Positions 52,435-59,902 of a stretch of DNA of 64,000 nt are shown one piece after another. Source of the DNA: Convolutriloba macropyga (Eukaryota); NCBI RefSeq assembly GCF_964194025.1, contig NC_134482.1, positions 16,492,001 through 16,556,000 of the forward strand. Direction: 5' to 3'. Made by a program: the position numbers and the translations under genes. The notes under the pieces are model-generated. The model was not told the origin of the DNA. It did no database searches and saw only the letters and a program-made list of their open reading frames with translations. How positions within the stretch are numbered: position 1 is the stretch's first letter; each line of letters begins with the position of its first letter.

Positions 52435-53730
52435 TGTATTACCAACCAGAATATACGCAACTACTTGGCAAGCCAAAATATTGTTGATTCAAGAGGGTGA
52501 TAAAACCCACTTTGCATTGAAATTGAAGCCACAGATCCAGAATTTGAACTTTTGTTCCGTTGGTTTGTTTATCAATCCGAGCAGTGATATGATAGCATCT
52601 GGAACCTTACTATGGGGACCAGAAAACTGTCGTAGAGTTTTCGTCGACGGATCTCTTTTTTCAAGCTACGGCTCACATTAAGCTCTTCTTGCTTAAATCA
52701 AGATCGTGACCGGATTTATGGGTAAACTTCTGTAATAATCACATTCGTTTATAAAAAATATCATTCGAAAAACGGAAAAATTGTTCCTAAATAAAACATT
52801 GTTATATGTTATTTTGACTTAAATCAGGGAATCACTGCTAGAGAGCGTTAATGGACACAATCATTTCGCTTCACTAGACAAAAGTCATCCTCAGACTCTA
52901 TCAAATTTGGCTGGGCTGCTACAGATCACACAATACGAGATCTCTTTATGTATGCCAGTCAAACTTGACAAAAGATATAACAAATCGAAGGCAAAGATAT
53001 ATCCCTAAGACCTGTCTGTGCTATAAGTCTCAATTTAAAACTGTTGGGGGGCTGAAAAGTTCAATTAATTAAATAGATAGTTTAAATAAACAAGCTTACA
53101 CTGAGTAGTATTTAACCGGGTTGAGCTGTTACTTGATTGTGTTGTTGTTAAGTGAGTGCGTCGTTGAAACTTCTTCAAGTCGGGTTCTGTTTGAAAGTTA
53201 GAAAATGTTCTTCTAAGTAAGAAGTCTTTTATATAATTTCTTCTCTGTTTGAATTTTGAAATTTAGTTTGTAGGAAAAATGAAGCAGTTGTCTGCTGCTG
53301 GTCGTTGGCTCTGTTATTTGTCTCTTTAATTTTATTCCGTCCCACTTCGCTGAGAGAAACAATTAATTCCTCTCAGCTCCGTTTGGGCCGTTAGGGAGCG
53401 AATCACAAACTCACGTTCATAGTGCAGCTGTCATATTGCAACTGTCAAAAGCAGAAGTAATTTAAATCAAAAGAAACTGTGGTTTTACAGGCCGCCTACG
53501 TTCAACAACGTACATTTTCTGTCCTGGATATAAGCGTGGAGATCCAGGCCTAAAGTTGTGTCATTTAAATAAGTCGAACTGAGTTGTTTAAATACTTGTG
53601 TACTGGTAGTCTTAATAAGCGTTAGTTTGTTTAGCGCGCGGCGAAAGAATGGTTAATTAGCGCCTAAATACGTTCGCTCTAATGCGGGATTAATTATCCG
53701 TTCATTTGTAACGGCTCTCGTAATAATACA
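52435..53730 (-). repeat. Putative 3' LTR (~1.3 kb)
   Basis: On minus strand, starts TGTATTA right after purine-rich AAAATCGGGGTGAGC and ends TAATACA (7-bp terminal inverted repeat), followed by ATAT(C). TATATAAAAG at about 53226-53235. The 5' LTR is not in the window, so the distal end is inferred. Confidence 0.6.
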
Positions 53731-53847
53731 GCTCACCCCGATTTTAAGATAGAAAAGAAAATGACTAAAAGAAAAAAATATACGGCATCGTATATGATTT
53801 TATTGCGCTTGGGACATATGAATGAGTTACTACAAGTTCAGACAGTT

Positions 53848-53921
53848 TATAAAATTAATCGCAAAGGGCGATAATGGTATGCTATAAAATTAATCGCAAA
53901 GGGCGATAATGTTGTGCTATA
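53848..53921. repeat. 35-bp direct tandem repeat between the last ORF and the PPT
   Basis: tataaaattaatcgcaaagggcgataatg at 53848 and 53883. Confidence 0.85.
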
Positions 53922-55096
53922 TTAGTTAAAAAATTCTGGAGGCAAAATGACTGGGCTTGGCATCGGACTGTTACCATCGTCTTCGATCAAAAGAACCTCT
54001 TGTATATCGTCCTCAGTTGGTTCGTCCTTATCCATTGACTGTCGCTTTTTGTGCTTTTTAACCCTCCTTTTGAGCTCGGAAATTTTGGTTTTTTGTTCAT
54101 CGTTTTCCTTCATTAATTGTGTTATTTTCTTTCCTAGCTCCAGATTCTTTTCTCCAAGTTTTTTGTTGGCGTTTGTTATTTCTAGATGTTTCAAGGAGAA
54201 CGTTTTAGCAAAGTTTGCGCGTTTGATTTGCTGGTTTTTTGGAGTTGATGGGCAACGACATATTGGCGCCGCCAATAGTCGTTAGGTAGTTGCTTCTCCT
54301 CAGGTGGTTTCTGTGATTCCATTTTAAGTTGTTCAAATTTCAGTTGCAATTCTTGCAACTCTGTTTCCTTTTGAAATTGTTCCTGCCTGAATGTGGTGTT
54401 TTCCTCTATTAAACTATTGGTGTTGATATTTGATAGTTCTGGCATCTCGACAGGAAAAGCGGAAATGGCATCGTAGGGGACTTCAATATATGCGTCGAGC
54501 ATGTTATTCCTAAGGGTATAAATGCCCTTCTTAGGGTCGCGATTTTTGATTCTCCATTTGTTGTTTTCTGCGGGAAGCGAGAAGGTTTTCAGAACTGGAA
54601 GCTTTTCGCTGTTGACTAGTATCTGTTGATGTCTATTTGACTGGATGATGTTTATTTTATTAGCAACCTCAAATTTGTTGTAGTTTGGTTTCAGGAAATA
54701 GAGGAGGGTGTTAACGTATCTCGGGTTTTCTTTATTCATGTTCTTCTCTCGCGGTTTCTGCAATTTCAAACATTCTGAGGGTATTTTCCTGATAGCGTCG
54801 GGAACGAGATCTTCAATGTTGTTCATCTTAATAATTTTGTTTTTGTGATTGCTAATTTGTTGGGTTGGGAATTGTCTCTTTCTGCTAACTTGCCAGTTGT
54901 TTTCGGGATCATATTGACTGGAAGTTGATGGAGATGCAACAGTTGTAGTAACTTGTTGTGTGTTCTGAGGTTTAAATGGAGGCTTTGTGAAAATAGGAGG
55001 CTGAGAAGAATGGGTTTGTGTTTGTTCTTGTTGTGTTGTCACTTGTTGATGTTGACTGGGGATTACTACGCTTGCGAGTGTGGGTCTGGTAGTCAT
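53922..55096 (-). pseudogene. Accessory protein (~390 aa if one frameshift near 54200 is repaired): Q/T/P-rich N-terminus, coiled coil, basic NLS-like patch, acidic tail
   Basis: Overlapping ORFs 54191-55096 and 53922-54275; LELGKKITQLMKENDEQKTKISELKRRVKKHKKR; EDDIQEVLLIEDD. Confidence 0.55.
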
Positions 55097-55381
55097 TCTG
55101 AGTGTTTCCTTGTGGATGATCTAAAATGTTTTGATTTTGGTTAGCCTGTGTCATCAATATCACACATTATGGCTTCTTTTCAAGTTTGCAATTGTATTGC
55201 TAACATAAAAAAGTATTCTATTGTAAAAAATGTTTTCGTAAGGTTTTGTTGCTAACTGCTTTACTTAAAAATTATAATGCTAAATGCATTTGTTATTAAA
55301 AATTGGTAGAAAAGTTTTTGTTTTGCTAAATGCAAAGTTAACTTTTATAAAGGGAGGGGGGCAATAATAATAAAATTTTTA

Positions 55382-55500
55382 TACTTATGCCAGGCGGGCA
55401 GCCCTGGCACAAGTACGTCTTACTCCGCTGCCCGGAGGTGTGAGTCTTGGGGCGTGCGTCACACTAACACGGCTGCAACGACCCGTGCAGCTGGGGAGAC
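55382..55500 (-). other. GC-rich structured RNA element with complementary hairpin loops (kissing loop or pseudoknot)
   Basis: 13-bp stem UACUUGUGCCAGG/CCUGGCAUAAGUA (G-U pair only on minus strand) with loop GCUGCCCG. Neighbouring CUCC-GGGCAGC-GGAG hairpin has a complementary loop. Two further 6-bp stems. Confidence 0.6.
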
Positions 55501-55785
55501 AACCTTGCTGAATTGAAAGAAAGAAATTTTCCGGGTCATTCTTGGAATTTTCAGTTATCGTGTTAGTGTTCTGAATTATTTAGGTTCAAAAGCCAGGGGG
55601 GCAGGCTGGAGAAAGCTGAGGTAACCCCTTCCCGAGGAAAAGTTAAGAGAGAGAGAGAGAGAGAGAAAAAGATCGTTTGTACTTGAGTTGTTTTTGATTT
55701 ATTAGACAACGTCGTCTAAAAAAATTTTTTGCAAATGGGACATCTTGTCAGCTTATTTATGCACACCCGACAGAATCGGTGTTTG

Positions 55786-56097
55786 TCATGTTGGGAAAAA
55801 TGTGGGTGTTTTGTTACTCCTAATTCTGTTTTCATTTTTTTTGCATAAATTGCAATGAAAGTAGGATGTGATCAGGACGCGAAGACAAGCTCGAAGACAA
55901 ATGGGACATTTAGGGTTTGGGTATCTTTTAAAAAGTGCCTTTCTGCAAGGAATACATACATAGTGAGGATTTTCTCTGGGAAATTGCTTATGTAGTTTTT
56001 CTACAGTAACGGTTTTTCGTGAACATATGGGGCAGATAATGTCCGTATGGGGGTAGAACCAACGGAAACCGTCGAATAGGGATTGTGAAAGACCCAT
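55786..56097 (-). CDS. Accessory RING-like zinc-finger protein C (103 aa, MGxxxS myristoylation motif)
   Basis: CPIC-KLH-PHYVCIPC-PKCPIC-FHCNLC; paralogous to 56556 and 57157 ORFs. Confidence 0.75.
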   Translation of the reverse strand: MGLSQSLFDGFRWFYPHTDIICPICSRKTVTVEKLHKQFPRENPHYVCIPCRKALFKRYPNPKCPICLRACLRVLITSYFHCNLCKKNENRIRSNKTPTFFPT

Positions 56098-56121
56098 CGA
56101 GTGACTGTTCTCTTATTTTCC

Positions 56122-56244
56122 TTAGATAGAAACAGGAAAACCTTTGAGAAACTGCAGTAGGATGAGATTAATGAGGAACGATATGGCAAGCAAGGTAATT
56201 AGGATTAGGATAAATATTTTTGTGGATAGGCCTAGATTGGTCAT
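56122..56244 (-). CDS. 40-aa single-TM micropeptide
   Basis: MTNLGLSTKIFILILITLLAISFLINLILLQFLKGFPVSI*; AAAATG start 2 nt after the previous stop. Confidence 0.55.
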   Translation of the reverse strand: MTNLGLSTKIFILILITLLAISFLINLILLQFLKGFPVSI

Positions 56245-56246
56245 TT

Positions 56247-56363
56247 TCACTGTCTGGAGAAAATTTGGCGAATTGTGGAAAGGAGGTAGTGATTAATAAA
56301 AAGGGATATTGCCAATGCGCATAAGAGAACAAATAGAAGAATAAACAATGTTATGGGTTGCAT
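56247..56363 (-). CDS. 38-aa single-TM micropeptide
   Basis: MQPITLFILLFVLLCALAISLFINHYLLSTIRQIFSRQ*; shares LAIS.+IN..LL with 56122-56244; AAAATG start 4 nt after the previous stop. Confidence 0.55.
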   Translation of the reverse strand: MQPITLFILLFVLLCALAISLFINHYLLSTIRQIFSRQ

Positions 56364-56367
56364 TTTG

Positions 56368-56505
56368 TCAATTCAATGAGTAGTGTAGAACTAGGGTGAA
56401 GGAGGTGACTTGCTTCTGGTAAAAACTGAGTTGAATTAGGGATATCGATTGGATTAAAAATAAAACTAGGGAAAGAAGTAAAATTTTGGATGTTCTTGGA
56501 CGCAT
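56368..56505 (-). CDS. 45-aa hydrophobic micropeptide
   Basis: MRPRTSKILLLSLVLFLIQSISLIQLSFYQKQVTSFTLVLHYSLN*; AAAATG context. Confidence 0.45.
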   Translation of the reverse strand: MRPRTSKILLLSLVLFLIQSISLIQLSFYQKQVTSFTLVLHYSLN

Positions 56506-56555
56506 TTTAGGTTATGTGATTGTTTTTTTGCAACGAGGGCATAATTTATAATCTT

Positions 56556-56888
56556 CTACGCAAAATTTACAAAAGTTGACGGGCTCATGATCACTGTGAT
56601 GAAACGTTTTTGCAACAGAATATTGAAATCTTGTTTCTTGCAAATATCACATTGAAACCAGTTAAAGATTGAAAAGATAACTCTAAATTTAGAGCATTTA
56701 GGACAAAAATCATAGCCCATATCTTTTATAACATATTGGTAACAGAGCAGACACATTACGTGGGGTAGTTCGTTAGGGGCGTTCTCGTGTAATTTCTTGA
56801 AAACAATTGTTTCACGTCTGCAGCATAAACCAATTAATGAGACCGGTTTGGATTCTATAGTATTGGTTTCTTTGTCAATTGTATTCAT
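56556..56888 (-). CDS. Accessory RING-like zinc-finger protein B (110 aa)
   Basis: GLCC-KKLH-PHVMCLLC-CPKC-FQCDIC, same spacing as paralogs. Confidence 0.72.
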   Translation of the reverse strand: MNTIDKETNTIESKPVSLIGLCCRRETIVFKKLHENAPNELPHVMCLLCYQYVIKDMGYDFCPKCSKFRVIFSIFNWFQCDICKKQDFNILLQKRFITVIMSPSTFVNFA

Positions 56889-56914
56889 TTTTGAAAGATT
56901 GTTATTGGAAGAAA

Positions 56915-57163
56915 TTATGGGACTGGCACGGTTGGAGGATTTGGTTGTCGATTATTTTGGGATTTTATTGTTTGGTCTATTACTAATATAATTATGAACA
57001 TCAAAAAGTTGAAAGGAATACTTACAACTACGAGGAAAACGGTTAAAACGAAGGAGAAGGCTGCTGCAATAATCATAAGGGCCATTAATAAAAAATCAAG
57101 TAATCTGGGGGTACACATTTTGGATAGTTTGTGAACGTAGTTTTGAATTGAGGATTTTACCAC
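56915..57163 (-). CDS. Small membrane protein (82 aa, long hydrophobic segment)
   Basis: LLDFLLMALMIIAAAFSFVLTVFLVVVSIPFNFLMFIIILVI; start overlaps the previous stop (ATGGTAA). Confidence 0.6.
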   Translation of the reverse strand: MVKSSIQNYVHKLSKMCTPRLLDFLLMALMIIAAAFSFVLTVFLVVVSIPFNFLMFIIILVIDQTIKSQNNRQPNPPTVPVP

Positions 57164-57555
57164 GGGTTGTTTGGGTCAATTGTTTGTTTGCATAAAGGGC
57201 ATTTAGTAGTTGTGAAAATCATACACTGCAAACAAACTGATTTTTTTGGGTGTAGGCTTTTGAAGTGGCTGTGGCAAGTGCATAACTTTTTGATTTCTTG
57301 ACAAGAATCACACTGGAAATAATGGCAATGACTGATTGTATAAATGGGAGTTACGCAAATGGGGCATTTAGGTTGGTTCCAATATTTAAATAATTCATTT
57401 CTACAAGGAATGCAAGCAAAAGGGGGGGTTTGACCGTTTGGGTTTTTGTGCAATTTTTTAAATTGACGACAAGGGAGGTAACAAATAGGACATTCGATTT
57501 TTGGGGTTGAGTCAATTTGTGGTTGCTGAGATAATATTTCCAAAATGTTTCCCAT
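57157..57555 (-). CDS. Accessory RING-like zinc-finger protein A (132 aa, extra C-terminal Cys cluster)
   Basis: CPIC-KKLH-CIPC-PKCPIC-FQCDSC, then CTCH..H..CLQC..CPLC. Start overlaps the previous stop (TAATG). Confidence 0.75.
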   Translation of the reverse strand: MGNILEILSQQPQIDSTPKIECPICYLPCRQFKKLHKNPNGQTPPFACIPCRNELFKYWNQPKCPICVTPIYTISHCHYFQCDSCQEIKKLCTCHSHFKSLHPKKSVCLQCMIFTTTKCPLCKQTIDPNNPW

Positions 57556-57821
57556 TATATGGATAAATCAGAGAGATCTGGGTATGCGACTCCTAATCCA
57601 TGGTGTTCAAGTTCGTTGGGGATAGTTACATTTAGATCTGCGATAGCAAAAAAGAAATTCCAGTGTTTCTCGTTTGGATAGATGTAATAATGATTAATGC
57701 TACCTGTGCTTAGGAACATAAAAGTTATTTTGATACATGCTTTATATTGTATAAAACAGATAGTAAACCATCTTTCTGCTTTAACAATTTTAACTTTTTC
57801 CTTACCAATGAACAAAATCAT
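57555..57821 (-). CDS. Accessory family A protein (88 aa)
   Basis: MILFIG..VKIVKAERWF...P..KHWNFFFAI...IPNEL family signature. Confidence 0.65.
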   Translation of the reverse strand: MILFIGKEKVKIVKAERWFTICFIQYKACIKITFMFLSTGSINHYYIYPNEKHWNFFFAIADLNVTIPNELEHHGLGVAYPDLSDLSI

Positions 57822-57944
57822 TTTATTTTTAACAATTTGGAATGAATTGAGGGAAAAGGGACAAATTGATTAGAAAAAAAAGAAATAATGAGCAGGGAAA
57901 AAAATTATTTTTTTCGGAGAGAAAGTTATGTGAAACAAATTACT

Positions 57945-58175
57945 TTACTGAAGAGCGCCCAAGTTGACTGGGAAGTGCTCTTCGATATCAATGAGTGCAA
58001 GAAAGAATTCCCAGTGCATCATTCCCATGGTGACTCGAGTAGAACCCTCACATCCACGCTCGTAGTCTGTATAGTGTATAATTATACAGGGTTTAATCTC
58101 TGCTGTGGGAGTTTTAATGAAAGATCTCTCGAGGGACTCTACTTTGACTAGGCGCTCACCAAAGTGGAACAGCAT
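57945..58175 (-). CDS. Accessory family A protein (76 aa)
   Basis: MLFHFGERLVKVESLERSF...PCIIIHY...HWEFFLAL...FPVNL; TAATG overlap with the previous ORF. Confidence 0.68.
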   Translation of the reverse strand: MLFHFGERLVKVESLERSFIKTPTAEIKPCIIIHYTDYERGCEGSTRVTMGMMHWEFFLALIDIEEHFPVNLGALQ

Positions 58176-58408
58176 TATAGAAGATCTAAATTAAAAGGGA
58201 TTTTAGAACCATTTAAAGCTTGGGATATATTTATAAAGAATGTCCAATAGGGGGAAGATGGTGTTAGGGTAATGGTTTCATCAGTCCAAGTGTTTAAATA
58301 TTCAAAATGGAGTATTAGTTGTGGGATTACTCTGTTGCTTTTTGTCGTGACAAATGATTTTTCAAAAAATTGTACTTGTTTAAGGCAGTTTTGGTATGAG
58401 AATATCAT
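58175..58408 (-). CDS. Accessory family A protein (77 aa)
   Basis: MIFSYQ...EKSF...PQLILHFEYLNTW.DETITLTP.S.YWTFF...IPFNLD. Confidence 0.68.
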   Translation of the reverse strand: MIFSYQNCLKQVQFFEKSFVTTKSNRVIPQLILHFEYLNTWTDETITLTPSSPYWTFFINISQALNGSKIPFNLDLL

Positions 58409-58416
58409 TGCTGCTT

Positions 58417-58701
58417 TTAATTGTGAATAGTTTCCAACTCTTTAAGGATTGAATCGTTTTGGCTAGAATCAGTCTTTTGCATATCAAAATAAATATTGTG
58501 AGGTACACAGTTTGGATTTTCTAGAATAAATAGGAAGAATTTCCAATGAACTGAGAGAGGATTAATACTTATTAAACAAATTTTTTCACTTTAGATTTCT
58601 TTGAGCGTTACTAGCATAGTAGGTACAGGAGTTGGCTATGCATCAAAAGATCGTTGAATTTTTTGTAACTCTACAAATTTATTGTTAACTGCAAATATCA
58701 T
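58417..58701 (-). pseudogene. Accessory family A paralog with two in-frame stops
   Basis: MIFAVNNKFVELQKIQRSFDA*PTPVPTMLVTLKEI*SEKICLISINPLSVHWKFFLFILENPNCVPHNI. Confidence 0.6.
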
Positions 58702-58957
58702 AGTTTAGAATGATACCTAAGCAATGTAGATTGGATGTTGTACTTGAAATACCAAGTTCTCTTTGAATGCTAGAAAAATGGTAAATTCGGCGAACTGAGG
58801 ATGAGTAATGAAAATAGTTAAAAGTCTGTAAATATTTGTCATGGGTTTTTTTTGCGAAAGTCATTATATTTATAGCGGAAACATAGTATACGGCTAATAG
58901 CTCAAAATTTTGGTTTCCGATTCTGATTTGTAAGTTTCTATTAGTTAAATGAATCAT
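58685..58957 (-). CDS. Accessory protein (90 aa), weak similarity to 59491-59775
   Basis: ATG ORF overlapping both neighbours by 17 nt; L.IR.G...++L...+SA+ shared with the 59491 ORF. Confidence 0.5.
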   Translation of the reverse strand: MIHLTNRNLQIRIGNQNFELLAVYYVSAINIMTFAKKTHDKYLQTFNYFHYSSSVRRIYHFSSIQRELGISSTTSNLHCLGIILNYDICS

Positions 58958-59183
58958 GTTGCTGATCTAGCTCTTTTGGCAAACTATTAGGGTCGAATTG
59001 TGCTAAATACACGAATTAATTCCAACACAACGAATGAGGGGTTAAAATCACAGTATCGTTTTCCCAAGTGTCTCAAAACTCAAAATTTATAACAATTTGA
59101 GGGAAAATGTCTCCGTGTTGTTCTTCAAAGGTTTTCTTTATTTGATAAATTGTAACAAGTCTATCTTGAAACAAAAAGTACAT
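58941..59183 (-). pseudogene. Accessory family A paralog with two in-frame stops
   Basis: MYFLFQDRLVTIYQIKKTF...PQIVINFEF*DTWENDTVILTPHSLCWN*F..LAQ...LPKELD, clearly colinear with 58175-58408. Confidence 0.65.
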
Positions 59184-59490
59184 CAATGGAAGCGTTTTAG
59201 TTGTTAATTAACTTAGTGTTCTTCATTTCAAAATTGGTATTAAAATAAATTTTTAAAAAAAGGATAAAAAAGAGTGTCAATTATTTCTAAAAACAGGATT
59301 ATTGACAACGATTGATATTTATAGATAATATATCAATCGGATTCACTGTAGTAAAATCGGAGTAGGGGGAGAGTGCAGGCAATAGCTAGATGAACATAGT
59401 TGGGATTACATAATTGAAACTGGATTATAAGAAATAAAAAGAAAGAAAGAAATTCATACATGTCTCTCAATGTTGAACTTACAAGAGAAT

Positions 59491-59775
59491 TCAAAATCTA
59501 GTAATATTTTTCTTCAGGTGCTTTGAAACAATTTCGTATTCGATTCCAATGTTTACAAAAGTAATTGTGTTATCAATCAGGGCTCCTAACAATGAGAAGT
59601 TTTGAAAATTTGAATGTGGTACATCCAGATCAATGATGTCACTGAAGTAGAAAGATGCAACTCTAATAGTTACAGTAGTTTTCAAGGCGGAAATACTTGA
59701 TGATAATATTTGTCCGGTGTATTGTCCAAATCGAATGAATAAAGCGTTAGGCTGTTTTATGAATTTGGGCTGCAT
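59491..59775 (-). CDS. Accessory protein (94 aa), first ORF after env
   Basis: ATG-initiated, co-oriented ORF; function unknown. Confidence 0.5.
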   Translation of the reverse strand: MQPKFIKQPNALFIRFGQYTGQILSSSISALKTTVTIRVASFYFSDIIDLDVPHSNFQNFSLLGALIDNTITFVNIGIEYEIVSKHLKKNITRF

Positions 59776-59902
59776 AACATAGCATCCTTGAGGTGTATCT
59801 AAACAAGATATTAACTAACTTACAGAGTCTAATACAAATAATTCTTATTATTTTTGAGACAAATTATTTTTTTTATAAAAAGCAAGATTTTTAGTCACAG
59901 CT

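Noticed and set aside
53042-53052. Alternative LTR end at tgttgggggg
   Set aside because: Only a 3-bp terminal match versus the 7-bp TGTATTA/TAATACA at 52435. Cannot be fully excluded without the 5' LTR.
59240-59460. Possible further hydrophobic accessory ORF (MYEFLSFFLFLIIQF...)
   Set aside because: Interrupted by a stop, no paralog support, T-rich composition.
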